From: Octopus vulgaris
Lineage: Eukaryota
DNA: 64,000 nucleotides
Direction: 5' to 3'
Assembly (NCBI GenBank): GCA_951406725.2
Contig: OX597821.1
Span: forward strand, 106,020,001-106,084,000
Each line of letters opens with the position of its first letter. Within the stretch, counting starts at the first letter, position 1. The position numbers and the translations under genes were made by a program. The notes beneath the pieces were generated by a model. The model was given only the letters and a program-made list of their open reading frames with translations, was not told the DNA's origin and made no database searches. Below, piece after piece: positions 1 through 12,908 of this stretch.

Positions 1-651
1 ATGAAACTCACTAAATGTCCCTTGACAGCGTTCCAATGTTTTGAAGGACACAGAATATATCTTCAATACTTTATACTATGTGGAGGGGCTTCTGTGGCAA
101 AATTCATTGAAGAAGATATTGGTTACGTTAAAATGACAACTATAACAAGAATATTAACATCAGTGGAAACAAGAACAGCAACAAAATCAACAATACTAAC
201 CTCTCCAACTAAAACAATAAGAAAAATTATAATAACAATAGCAAAATTATACTTGTGTTTAAGAAGATGAAGAAGAAGAAAACTAAAACCAAATAAGAAG
301 GTGAAGGAGAAAACAAATTTAAAAAAAAAACTCTATAGATTCGTATTTGAAACTAAAAAAACAAATATTTAAATAAAACTACAGAAGGATATTATGTCTC
401 TATGTGTTCGTAGTGATAAAGAAGAAGCCAAAAGAAAGTACAGAAAGAGAAAGAAAATCAACTTCGTTTTTCTGAAATATATAAAATAACACGAAACGGA
501 TTCTTACAAACATCCAAAAGGCTTACACAAGACATCAAAGCCAAAACAATAAGCGAATAAACAAATAGGATAAATAAAGAACACGAAGAATGCAAAGGTA
601 TGAAAAGAAGCCAACAATGCTTTTTATCAACAAAACATGTTCACCACCAAC

Positions 652-653
<2 letters not shown>

Positions 654-739
<86 letters not shown>

Positions 740-764
740 TAACGGAAACAGCAATAATAATAAC

Positions 765-863
<99 letters not shown>

Positions 864-871
864 AATAATAA

Positions 872-902
<31 letters not shown>

Positions 903-1081
903 AAGAGGAAGAGGAGGAAGAAGAAGAAGAAGAAGAAGAAGAAGAAAAAGAAGAAGAAAAGAAGAGGAGGAAGAAGAAGAAGAAGAAGAAGAAAAAGAAG
1001 AGGAGGAAGAAGAAGAAGAAGAAGAAGAAGAAGAAGAAGAAGAAGAAGAAGAAGAAGAACAAGAAGAAGATGAAGAAGAAA
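654..1081. repeat. Compound microsatellite (AAT)n followed by (GAA)n
   Basis: About 220 bp of AAT runs directly into about 210 bp of GAA/GAG. This explains the poly-N/K/R/E/I/F ORFs. Confidence 0.97.
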
Positions 1082-1670
1082 GCGTTTATATCAGAATAAA
1101 AATGAACAAAACCACACGGCGGTCGAAATATATTTTTCCTCGGTATGAGAAAATATGCGAAATGTAACGTAGTAAATGTGCATTGAAAAAAAACCCACAT
1201 ACTGGAGTATATAAGAGCAAACACTTGAAAGTTAATAATATGAACAACATTTTCTGTAGCAGCTGTACAATGAACGAAGAAGTAGCCATCGTAATATTTG
1301 TAATAAATTACGTGAAGAAGTCGTTTCAATATATAAAATATAAAGCTTCCAATTTGTTATTTGTGAGGAGAATATACTTACGATTCAGATGTCTAACTTT
1401 CACTTAGCCAGTGTGTGTGTATGTGTGTATATATATTTGTGCGTGTGTGTGTGTTCGTTTTTGTATGTGTTTGTGGGAGGATTGAGGAAAAGTGTGTCTA
1501 TGTAGTATGTATATATATGTGTGTGTGTGTGTACGTATATGTGCATATTGTTACATCTATTTCTCTTCCTCTATCACATTTCATCTTTTCATCTCATTCC
1601 AGCCGTCTGTGTGTGTGTCCCCGTATCTCGCTCTCTTACTGTTTATATGCATATAAACATATACACACAT

Positions 1671-1701
<31 letters not shown>

Positions 1702-1781
1702 CGTACATACCTTATATAATACATTATATATGTATATATATATATATATATATATACTTACATACATTATATAATACATTA

Positions 1782-1831
<50 letters not shown>

Positions 1832-1837
<6 letters not shown>

Positions 1838-2310
1838 TACACAAATATGAGAGAGAATCCACTATGTGGACGCTCTTACGCTAGATATAGATCCACGAGG
1901 GGTCTGAACCACTAAGAATTGTTCTCGAGAAAAATATAGAGTAACCCCATACAATTGTTTCTCTGTTAATAAATTATGCAATTTTACTTACGTAATTAAC
2001 CCTCAGATCATCGGTGAGGTACGTCATAAAATATAAATTGTCGAACTGCACGCTATATATAAACATGAGGTTAAAGACACGACTAGTTCGCCCTATTATA
2101 TTCACAGTTATGTTCAAATGCCTTCGTTCTAGCGCGCCAAATTCCCCCTTGCGGATCTATATCTAGCGTAAGAGCGTCCACATAGTGGATTCTTTCGCAT
2201 ATTTGTGTATTAATAATATTTACTGAATCTCAGTCTTTTATGCGCTAGACCACTGATGTTTAAATTGATGTTATTAAATTAATATCCAATTTTGTCACCC
2301 TCATTTTGAC

Positions 2311-2317
<7 letters not shown>
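1832..2317. mobile_element. Short Penelope-like-derived element in (TA)n, with inverted repeat and hammerhead motif
   Basis: Flanked by (TA)n on both sides. About 70-bp inverted repeat at 1832-1902 vs 2145-2215, unpaired tail 2216-2317, internal hammerhead motif. Confidence 0.75.
1944..2020 (-). ncRNA. Type I hammerhead ribozyme motif (CCGAUGA core variant)
   Basis: Minus strand: acctca-CCGATGA-tctg...caga-GAAA-caattg-TA-tggggt. Stem I ACCUCA/UGGGGU, stem II closed by UCUG/CAGA, palindromic stem III CAAUUG, triplet GUA. Confidence 0.8.
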
Positions 2318-2387
<70 letters not shown>

Positions 2388-2925
2388 TATATATGTAATT
2401 CAAATATATACAGAAAAATATGCAAAAGTCAGAGATCAAATATGAACAAACTGGGTGCATTAATTTAGAATTCAGCAAAAATTCACAGATGGGCTGTGTC
2501 ATTGTTATAATTTAAAGAAATGTGAGCGATTGACAGTTCGGTCCGTAGCAGTTCAATGTGAGCCGTTGTTCAGAGTATTGTACTAATATTAATAGTATTG
2601 CATCGTGTACATACTTACTCTCCCTGTTGCTTCGTTATATTATATATCCAAGATACAAGTATATATATATAAAAAAATGAGGGAAAAACATATCTGAATT
2701 AACAATGATATATATATATATACTCTGGCATTACAACCAGCCAGGAACAGTCTTCGCTACATTTGCGGTACCTGCCAGAGGGAGTGTTTGTCCAGGATAG
2801 GACTACACAGCCACAGCAAGAAATGTATCAGGACATGAAATGTAAAAGCCGGACTAGACTATTTTATGTGCAACTCCATTGTCTCCCGAGACAAAAAGAA
2901 TGCCAACAATATATATATATATATA

Positions 2926-3232
2926 GCTGAAGGCGCATGGCTCAGTGGTTAGAGCGTCGAGCTTACGATCGTGTGGTTGTGAGATCGAATCCCGGAGCGA
3001 GCTGCGTGTTGTGTTCTTGAACAAGACACTTTATTTCACCATGCTCCGGTTCACTGAACTGTAGAAATGAGTTGCGACATCACAGGTGTGAAGCTGTATT
3101 TCCTGGTGGTGTGGAGATATGCATGGGCGACTGCTGGTCTGCCATAAACAATCTTGCCCGGACTTGTGCCTAGGAGGGTAACTTTCTAGGTGCAATCCCA
3201 TGGTCTGTGTCGTGACCGAATGGAGTTTCAGA
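2926..3232 (+). mobile_element. tRNA-derived SINE
   Basis: A box TGGCTCAGTGG, B box GATCGAATCCC, then a conserved-domain-like body (gtgttcttgaacaagacactttatttcac). Flanked by (TA)n. Confidence 0.85.
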
Positions 3233-3421
3233 TATATGTATATGTATACATACGTAAATACATATATACATATATATATATATATTACTGCAAAGTAATA
3301 CATTCGTATTGCATTATTATTTTCATTGAAACTTCTTCACTGTTCTCGTTCTGTTAATGTTTTGGCGTTCAGTCGAGTATACTGGTATTGATGCGGCAAC
3401 ATTTGAAATCTTGTCTGGGTA

Positions 3422-3494
3422 AATGCAGCTGATGAAGACTAATCAAATTTACGTTGTCAAACGTATTTGAAGAATCAGAAACCGGTCCTGCATT
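3422..3494 (+). ncRNA. Type I hammerhead ribozyme motif with intact core
   Basis: aatgcag-CTGATGA-[stem II containing tcaaat...atttga]-GAAA-ccgg-TC-ctgcatt. Perfect 7-bp stem I, canonical CUGAUGA/GAAA, palindromic CCGG stem III, GUC triplet. Lies in a ~380-bp insert (about 3283-3665) between (TA)n tracts. Confidence 0.9.
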
Positions 3495-3681
3495 ATCCGA
3501 TTCTAGGTTGTCCATTTATCAGATGTTCTTCCGAGAGGTAAGACATTTTTTTTCATGTCTGTTGCACACACGCGTCTTTGCTAGTATATATGCAGTGAAC
3601 CTATACAATAGCGTCGTATTTATTACGATTTCTATTTTCCAGTAAATATTGGTGCCTTGTTGTACCATTTATCTATTTATA

Positions 3682-3737
<56 letters not shown>

Positions 3738-3768
3738 CATACATATACATATACATATATATATATAC

Positions 3769-3807
<39 letters not shown>

Positions 3808-3816
3808 TATATATAG

Positions 3817-3864
<48 letters not shown>

Positions 3865-5572
3865 TTGTACATCTATATATAGATATACATATAGATAGAT
3901 AGATAGACGCGCACGAACGTTATCATAACTGTCAGAATATTTAATTGCGTTCACTTATATTTTGCAATGAAAAATCAATACGAGCTCTGTCGTCTGGTTT
4001 AAGCAAATATTGCGCAGTATCATAATCTTCGAACTTTTCGTATTTGAAAGCATAAGTAACTTCTACTGGTACAAATGAGGATCGTTGCATCACCCTTATA
4101 ACATAAAAGCGTGACTGTACAGTATCTGAACATTTTATGAACTTTATATTTGTTTGTACAAATTACTGGATACTTTGATCGTATTATGATAAACTTCATA
4201 AGTACAGCCATAAAAAATTGTGTACTATATTTCTGAATTAAAAATGAATGTTGTTGATTATATATCTTTTACGTTTTGTGCTGTGCCGTCCGATAACATT
4301 GAGCATCTTGCAAACGATTCCATGCATTACCCTGTTCCATGTATAACACAATGCCGTATATAAATGCGCCCCCTGAAATGTATTTCTCAAATCCACTGAC
4401 CCAGGCATCAGGTTATTCATTTTCGATGGCTTATAAGTGGCCAAGATGTCAATATTTCGGTCCATAGTAACGTTACATATCTATTGATATGTCGAAAATA
4501 TGAAGTGTTTTGTTTAGAACATAATTCACCGCAACGTTTTGGAATCCCAACTTCGAAATTCTAATTGTCAGTGCAACACACTTAACCACATGACCATACA
4601 TGTTTTTTACATACGGTTTCATAACTCGATAGAATTCTCACATATACCACAATTTTCTTAGCATTTTCACGCTGACGCTAACGGCGCGTCAATAATGTGA
4701 ACATATAATTATTTTCAGAGTTACATAACCTGAACAAACTATCCAAAGTTTTATAAATTGAGACTTCTTCAGAAACACAGCTTTGCCTAAGGAAACTATA
4801 TATAATACGTGTGATATGAATCCCCAGCCTGTCATTTTCATCGTTGGTACGATTTCAACTTCGGCATATTGGTATTTGAAATGACCTTTATATCATGATA
4901 AATATCATCGTAGTAGAACAAGAAACAGAACACACACCATTAATGAACTATACTGAAGTGGCTCCATACCACATATGTAAATATACGTCTAGTGCCGCTT
5001 CATTTTTGTATGTATATATTATGAATATTATACACACCGTTATTTAAATCTAATACTGCTCCAAATGCCTATATTAATTTAATTCAAAGCTGGCTAGCTT
5101 TTGCATATATCAGTAAAATCTTCCTTTACCGGGTCTATATAATAAAGAAGAGCTTCGGCTTTGCGCACAATGTTCGAAGTATTTGACCCAGAAGACATCA
5201 TATCAGGTAGAAAATCCTTGACTAGTGATATACCATATTTCTGAGTATAGCTCTTATTTTTTAACACCAATACTCTTTTAGAAATTTCCCCCAGACTAAA
5301 TATTACAGTTTTTGCTTTCTACTTTTTAGTATATACATTACAAATATTAAACACATTGCTATTCCAATCTCATGTTATTTCAAGAGCGTTTATGAATTTA
5401 ATTGTAGTCTGGCTAGCTTTCACACACATATTAAATGTCTGTAAAAAATTAATATTTGTGTGCAGTTTAATATTTATAAAAATTATATATACAATGCCGC
5501 CTCTATTTTGCAGGGTCGTGGCATATTAAAAAAGTCTAGGTAAGCTACGTACTGGCTAAATGCTTACAACTA

Positions 5573-5573
<1 letters not shown>

Positions 5574-5603
<30 letters not shown>

Positions 5604-5738
5604 CTTCTTCTTCTTCTTCTTCTTCTTCTTCTTCTCCTTCTTCTTCTTCTTCTTCTTCTTCTTCTTCATCATCTTTTTTTTCTTCCTCTTCTTCTTCTTC
5701 ATCTTTTTCTTCTTCTTCTTCTTCTTCTTCTTCTTCTT

Positions 5739-5813
<75 letters not shown>

Positions 5814-5900
5814 TATTTTTATTATTATTATCATTATTATTTATTGTTATTATTATCATCACCATCATCATCATTCTTATTACTATTCATAATAATAATG
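5574..5900. repeat. Compound microsatellite (TTC)n followed by (TTA)n
   Basis: Read directly. Reverse-orientation counterpart of the 654-1081 repeat. Confidence 0.95.
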
Positions 5901-5974
5901 CTAATAATAATAATGGTAGCAATAAAAACATTATCATTACCGTTATTATTTTTATCGATCTTATATTTATTATC

Positions 5975-6362
5975 ATTGTCCAACATTTGGTAGTTTCAGG
6001 CAAATTTATAATGCATCACGTGCTACACCTCCGTGTTTCTGGGGTGTGTGTAACATTGTGGTTTCTTTTTTGTTGTTGGGAGTGAGCAAACTCTCCCCGA
6101 TATTGTATTATGTCAGTTTCTTTTTTTTATATTTATGGGGTGTAGTACAGACATTTGTTATATTAGTGTTTGTAGTGTGTGTGGTGTGTATGATGGGTAG
6201 TTGGCCTACTGATGGTAGTTTATTTCATTGGATATTTTCTGTGTAGAGAGTGTCTTGTGCTTGTGGGTTGTTTAGTTTAGGTTGGATTATTAACTTGATA
6301 TTCTTGCGTAGTATGTGGGCTGTTCCTAGCAGGGATATTTTGGGGATAGTGTGTAGAGCTTC
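5975..6362 (-). mobile_element. 3' end of an RLE-clade (R4/Dong-like) non-LTR retrotransposon
   Basis: Minus strand encodes ...PKISLLGTAHILRK, a typical RLE C-terminus. The 3' UTR runs into a degenerate (TAA)n tract. Confidence 0.7.
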
Positions 6363-7162
6363 TACGATATTTTATTACACAATGCTATAGTTATTTTCAC
6401 CTTCATGCAACACATCATGAATGCTTCAATTTCGAGGACATTGTACTTTGACAATTTCTGTACTTCTTTTGGGACAATATTAAGCTAAAAAGGGACTGCA
6501 AGGTCCGTCAGTAAGCAGGTGTTGCTGACTACGCACCAGATTAAAAACAATATGTGCGTGCGCATGTGTTTATGTGTGTGTACATATATATGGATATATA
6601 CACAGAATTTTTACATATTTAACATATATCTAATTACAAAAGATACCCACATATATATATCAGCTTCAACAGGTGTCTGATGAATAAACATAAACATACA
6701 TATCTATGTACATATGTATATATATTTATATATGTGCGTGTTTTTCTGTGTATATGAGTGTATGCGTATGATAGAGTGAGAGAGGGAGCGTATATGTATA
6801 TATGTATGCATAAGTGATGCGTTCGTTAATTGACTGGGATATTGAACATTTTAAAAATTTACCACAAAACTGTCTAAAAATTTCCGGATATTAATGTTTT
6901 AGCTCCTCTTCTGTGTGTGGGTGTGTATGTGTGCACGTGTGCCTGTATGTGGGCCTCTGTGTGCGCGCGTGAGCGTGTGTGTGCGTATACCTCCGCGTGT
7001 GTGTGTGCAAATGTGTGCATGTGTGTGTGTGTTTGTGTGAATTAATGAATTATTTGGAAATTGGAAGACATTTTAAAGTTTACTATTATTGTCGGATATG
7101 TGTTAATATATTGGTACAAGAAAATAATTCAATTTTTTTTATTATGTCTTTTGAATTTTTAG

Positions 7163-7200
<38 letters not shown>

Positions 7201-7606
7201 ATTGTTTATCGAGTTACCGTGGATATATTGTCAGAAAATTACATATTCTTGTGAAACATATATTGCCTCATAGCATAAAGGAAGTATAAAAATAAAGAAA
7301 AAAAGAACAAAAAAGAGAAAATGTTCATTTCATACCTATACGAAGAGGTATGACAGCGCTGTTGGTCTCCACAAAGCTTGGGTTCCTTTGTGCACACCCC
7401 TAAATGCTTATTAACGACATTAATATTTCGACGTTGAAATCTAAATTATGGCGGAATTTTTTTTCTTTTGCAGATGAAATTTAAAGTAAACTTTAATATA
7501 CATACATACATACGTATGTGTCTGTGTGTGTACCATTGTTTGTAAGTAAATACATGCATATATATGTATATATATACATATATGTATATATATGTATATA
7601 TATGTA

Positions 7607-7684
<78 letters not shown>

Positions 7685-7691
7685 AATATAT

Positions 7692-7780
7692 ACATAATAA
7701 TAATTATTATTGAAGGGAATATTATTCCTAACTTACAGGGAAAAAATTCAATTTAGAAATACTAAATCAAATTTCACAAA

Positions 7781-7786
<6 letters not shown>
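7692..7786 (-). mobile_element. Terminal fragment of a Penelope-like pLTR
   Basis: aacttacagggaaaaa motif and context match 60488-60550 and the reverse complement of 30900-30986. Lies between (TA)n tracts. Confidence 0.55.
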
Positions 7787-7831
<45 letters not shown>

Positions 7832-7833
<2 letters not shown>

Positions 7834-8273
7834 ATTAGAAAAACACCTTTTATCAATTCAAAATGAACAATTAAATTACACCAACAAGAAAATTACATAT
7901 CATAGAAATATTAAAATTAAAATAACAAAAATATACCTATGAGTAAGTAAATTGCAAAATAATAATAAACAAGAATATATTTGGTAGAATAACGACACGT
8001 GTTTCGTGGCTATATTTAAGAAACGATTATAGTAATGTGTCTGGGGAGAGTCATTCTCTTTTAGTGCCTTATTATTTAACACACTCACCGGTAAAATTTC
8101 CACTTATTTCTTATTTTTATTTTCGTAAAATTTTCGTTGCGTCTTGCTGAAAAGGTTGCCAAGATACAATGAAAATTTTAGGAAAATAAAAATAAGAAAT
8201 AAATGGAAATTTTACCGGTGAGTGTGTTAAATAATAAGGCACTAAAAGAGAATGACTCTCACCAGACACAACA

Positions 8274-8275
<2 letters not shown>
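7832..8275. mobile_element. (TA)n-inserted element with ~110-bp inverted repeat (PLE-derived)
   Basis: Arms 8036-8146 and 8160-8270, which give the twin MEILPVSVLNNKALKEND ORFs on opposite strands. Minus strand carries a hammerhead 3' half, GAAACACGTGTC, at 7994-8005. Confidence 0.7.
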
Positions 8276-8341
<66 letters not shown>

Positions 8342-8464
8342 CTATATATATGTACGTGTGCGTTTGCGCGCATTTCTCGTTCTTTCTCCTACCCTCTCTG
8401 TCTTCTTTCTCTCTCTTTCCACCTCCGTTTCTCTGTCTCTCTGTCTGTATGTCTGTGTGTGTCC

Positions 8465-8545
<81 letters not shown>

Positions 8546-8829
8546 GGAAATATGTTACAAAAAGAAAATAGAAATTACACGTAGTAACGTAAGAGGAAAA
8601 TAAGAAAAATCAACGAAAATGCACATTGTTAGTAAAAAAAAGGTAAAGGCTTTTTGCGAAAATTAACGAAAGGTATGAACAATTAGATGAACGGAGGGGG
8701 AAATAAAAGTAATAAGAGTCATTATTGTGAGACTATTAAAAAGATTCAAGCATACCGACGGTTTCGTAAGTTACTATTCATTGCTTTGAATGAACACCGA
8801 TTAATGAACGGTGTCAGGTCTAATAGTTC

Positions 8830-8862
<33 letters not shown>

Positions 8863-8907
8863 AAACAAAACAGACGTATTTGTATAACGCTCATGAATAG
8901 AAAAACT

Positions 8908-8943
8908 ATTTTACGTCTCGAGTCTACACTCTTCTACAGAAAG
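8908..8943 (-). ncRNA. Degenerate minimal hammerhead-like motif
   Basis: Minus strand: cttt-CTGTAGA-a-gagt(gtag)actc-GAGA-cg-TA-aaat. Same short repeat family (about 8858-9040) as 37748-37937. Confidence 0.45.
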
Positions 8944-9045
8944 GGACACCAAAAAAAGGAGAGGATCAAGGAAAGAAAAAAATGTGCGTAGTGTCTAACG
9001 ATCTATCATGGCGTCTGATAGATCACAGAACAGTACACTGTATAC

Positions 9046-9090
<45 letters not shown>

Positions 9091-9569
9091 GTGTACCGTT
9101 CTGTGATGGGAAACAGAACAAGCAAAGCACTCCATGTGGTGAGACATATTATTTCATAAACACAATATATGTTTTTATGTTACTGTTAGTTTCAGAACTA
9201 AGAAATCTAAGACGCAGCTAATTTTTAGATAAAAAATTTTATCGATTGTTTCTTCTGACGAATTGTAAAGCGAATTGTAAAGCGCCATCCTCTCAGGATT
9301 GAACAGGTGTACCCCAGACTCTAAGCTGCCTTCTTTTCAATTTTATATTTAGGGTCAAAACGAGAAATTACTCTAATTCTCGTCCCCATTTTTCTTTCTG
9401 TTTTGTTTTTCGTTTACCGGTTTTTCAACGTTTCATTTTGTATATCTACTTTCTCACATTTTTCCCGCTTTTTCTTTCATTCTATCGCTCCATTTTAAAT
9501 TAGTATACCATGTGGGCAGTGACTGAATTTTGTGGTACACACACGATGTGTTAGAAAAACGAATATTTA

Positions 9570-10408
9570 CAGAGAGCGGTGATAAACTGTCGTCTAAATT
9601 ACGCAAAAATAAAGATAACACTGACAACTTATTTTAGCAAATACATTTACCAAAATTATTTTTAAATATCTTGAAATTCTAAAGAGTAAATTTATTCAAT
9701 AAATCGATATTGGCTTCAAATACGGCCTCCAGACAACATCGGAATCTCCTTCAGCTGTATGATTTCCTTGCTTAAGTTGGTGAATGCTGCCATAATCCTC
9801 CAGTTTATATTTGATGTAACAAGGAGTTTCGCTCACACATAATAATGAAGAGTATTGCAGTCTGCAGAGTTAGCTGGTCAGCTGTTAGGTGTGATGATGT
9901 CGCAGAAATTGTCTGACTGCCATGCCTGGGTTCTCCTGCGTGTGGGACATGGTGCAGAATCCTATTGTCAGACGTAGGGTCTTCCAGCAGCCACAGTCGT
10001 GAGCCAGGGCAGCACTACTTCCTCCAGACACGAGATGTAAGTCTTCGTTTTGACTCTGAGGTCGTGTGGGAAGATGAAGGGTGGCATAACGTCGCCATCA
10101 CAAGGAATCCCTCCAAACAACACGATGTTGACTGGATGTTTGATTTTTATCCTTCTCGGTACCTGTTCTCAGATTGACACCCAAACATTCTGAAATGTTT
10201 GCGTTGATGCATCCGGTGTGAATTCCAAGCATACAGCATGTTGTTTCCAAATTTCGGCAGAGTGAATTGCGTCATGTTGCTGTTTTGTTCTCACAGACGG
10301 TACCCAACTGACCCTACTACACTGTATAGTCGACAAAATCAAAAACAAACAATGCTCATGCACAAAATTAAAAATATAATATGGCGACAATTTACCCATC
10401 GCATCCTT
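9570..10408 (-). mobile_element. Internally deleted Tc1/mariner-superfamily transposon (DD37D-like), transposase pseudogene
   Basis: Minus strand: KHPVNIVLFG...DGDVMPPFIFPH...LEEVVLPW...GRPYV*Q*DSAPC...*PANSADCNTLHYYV*, a degenerate form of QQDSAPCH/WPPNSPDCNPLDYYVW. Diverged TIRs (gataaactgtcgtc / ggcgacaatttacc) flanked by TA. Confidence 0.85.
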
Positions 10409-11829
10409 TATATATTTGGATGGATGGATGGATAGATGCGCTTCGTATGAATTATATAAATTCTCTGGAGACAGCCTCTCCTACTGAAAACTAGTATATT
10501 GGTATTTTATTCCGTTCACCATTGAAATATTAATAATAATATGATACAACAAATTGTCCCAATATAACACAGTTGGAGATTTCGTTTTTTTAAAAAAAAG
10601 TAATTGCCGAAACGATATACATGTGAATTACTTTTTTTCTTCTCCAGATCGATTACGGAATTTAACTTTGATAACAGAACTGCATTATATCTGTCATGCA
10701 ATTGGTCCCTGGAGGAAAACAAATTTGTTGAAACGATATAACATCGAGGCAGAGACCGTAGATATTTTTTACTAATGCTGTGATGCTCTCCCTTCTGACT
10801 TGCGTACCGATATGGTTATCGTTCCGTTTTCCCTGCAGTGTAGATAAATTAAATTTTCCGAATATGCAATATATAATAGCTGCAATCGATAGTTTTGTCT
10901 TTTTCTCCAATATATTTGGTTCTGGTATATGCTAAATAAAAGTCAGTTTGAGAACTATCTGTTCCTACTAACATAAATCAAAGTTAGTTTTATATAATTC
11001 ACAGATGAATTTATTAGTGACCAACATCCAAAGGAGAGACCTTGTCACATTGAATGATTAGTGCCTTCTGTAGAAGGACAGTGGCAAATAATAAAATATA
11101 AATGTCTACATTATTTTCGTTATCATCAAAACCTTCAAAACCTTTGTTGTTTTGTTTCTGCTGCTTCTTGACGCGGTAGTAAGACATTTTCGTTTTTTAC
11201 ATTGTCTATGTGGGAGCAAACGCAGCCGAAGATATATGTTTCAAAGTATGGGCGATAGTTTATTTTGAATAGGCTTGTTATTAAATGAGAAAATATTTGC
11301 GTTAAGGTTCTCCTTGTTAATGCGACGATTCAGAGATTTTGAATGGCTTCTTGTATTAATCCGACATTTAAGATAACCTTAAATAGAGAATCACTCTCTC
11401 CAAGTTAGGGAAATATCATTGTTTTCGCATTAAATTACATACAATAAACAAAAAATTGTACAAGTATTTCATTAAATAAAATTCTAAAATAACTTGAAAA
11501 ATAATGCTGTTCTCAAGATTTTATTCCAAACAGTAACAAAGGTAGAGAAAATAAAGCAGTGGCAAAGTTAGAGTAGCAACAACATAAACAAGAGAAACGA
11601 CAACATTCATACACCAACTGCATACAGACACGCACACACAGACGCGCGCGCGCACACACACACACACACCCGGGCGTTTTCTTTACTGAACATAGAAAGA
11701 GCTTCTTGCTTGTCATCCGAAAAATAGGCGATTCGTAAATATAAGAATTCTGAATGGGATGATGTATACTTTGCATCATCGAAAATGTTAATGAAAAGAT
11801 CTGTGGGAGTTTATGCTTCACTGCGACCA

Positions 11830-12301
11830 GGAGATAGAGAATAGGAAACCAGATATGCTGATAAGTGAGAAAGAAAGCAAACGATGATGGATCATATATA
11901 TAGCATGCCCAGCTGAAAGCAAGAAATCAGCAAAATGTGGAACCTGAAGACTAAAAGAATACCTTTTATCATAGGTGCCCTGGGAATGATAACAAAAGGG
12001 ACTGATTGCTACGTAGCTGAGAAACCGGGAAACCCCAAAATGGCAGAAATTCAAAAGGTAGTTCTCATGGGAACTGTCCATATCCTACGGAAAATAATTT
12101 CTATGTAATCTCAAGTTTTAAAACAAACATAATTTTCTTATGGTTTCTTAAACATTCTCTAGAACAACACTATGTACAAAACCAAACATAAGGTACCCTA
12201 GGCATAACAGCTGCATGAACTTCCAACTTGTTGTCTCTTGAGGTCTCTGGGTGAGACTTGGAACCAACTTGTACAAATCTAAAGCAAAAGTCAAACATAA
12301 G
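11830..12301 (+). mobile_element. 3' end of an RLE-clade non-LTR retrotransposon
   Basis: PDMLI...KMWNLKTKRIPFIIGALGMI...EIQKVVLMGTVHILRKIISM*, then a 3' UTR ending at (TAC)n. Confidence 0.85.
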
Positions 12302-12302
12302 A

Positions 12303-12379
<77 letters not shown>

Positions 12380-12399
12380 ATAATAATAATAATAATAAT

Positions 12400-12690
12400 A
12401 GATACCAGGAAACCCCAAAATGCAGAAATTCAAAAGATAGTGTTCATGGGAACTGCTCATATCCTAGGCAAAATACTTTCTATGTAATCTCAAGTTTTAA
12501 AACAAACATAGTTTTCGTTTTTTTTTTCCTTTTTTTTTAGACATTCAGTAGTACAACACTAAATACAAAACCAAATATATGGCACACTAGGCATAACAAC
12601 AACATGAACTTTCAACCTCTTGACTCTTGAATTCTCTGGGTGAGACTTGGAGCCAACTTGTACAAATATAAAGCGAAAGTCAAACATAGA
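12400..12690 (+). mobile_element. Second, shorter 3' copy of the same RLE retrotransposon family
   Basis: EIQKIVFMGTAHILGKILSM* and a homologous 3' UTR. Inserted in (TAA)n immediately after the first copy. Confidence 0.85.
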
Positions 12691-12719
12691 ATAATAATAA
12701 TAATAATAATAATGATAAG

Positions 12720-12908
12720 TCGGCGATCTGCAAGAGCACACGGGGCAAAAGTCTTGGCAGCATCTCACCCGTATTCACCTTCTGAATTCAAATTTCTCCG
12801 AGCTTGAATGTGCGTTTGACCTTTCGGTGGTTAATAGGCTGAGTATCAGTTAAGTACCGGAATAGCTGTAATAGATTAGCTATTTCCACCGAAATAGCTG
12901 GCCTTGTG
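12720..12908 (+). mobile_element. Degenerate SINE (family of 36692-36925)
   Basis: ttctgaattcaaatttctccgag...acctttcgg...agtatcagtt...gctggccttgtg resembles the family sequence. Confidence 0.55.

Noticed and set aside
2926-3000. tRNA gene (also 25420-25494)
   Set aside because: A/B boxes are present, but there is no convincing cloverleaf and the sequence continues into a SINE body.
6677-6700. CTGATGA
   Set aside because: No stem II or GAAA partner. Other isolated CTGATGA hits (18400, 45774, 47264) fall inside TE sequence without the required stems.
7340-7370. gacagcgctgtt palindrome resembling a hammerhead stem III
   Set aside because: GAAA is incomplete and there is no CUGAnGA upstream.
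9255-9380. CTGACGA possible hammerhead core
   Set aside because: No downstream GAAA-stem III-NUH or matching stem I was found. There is only a short tandem duplication.
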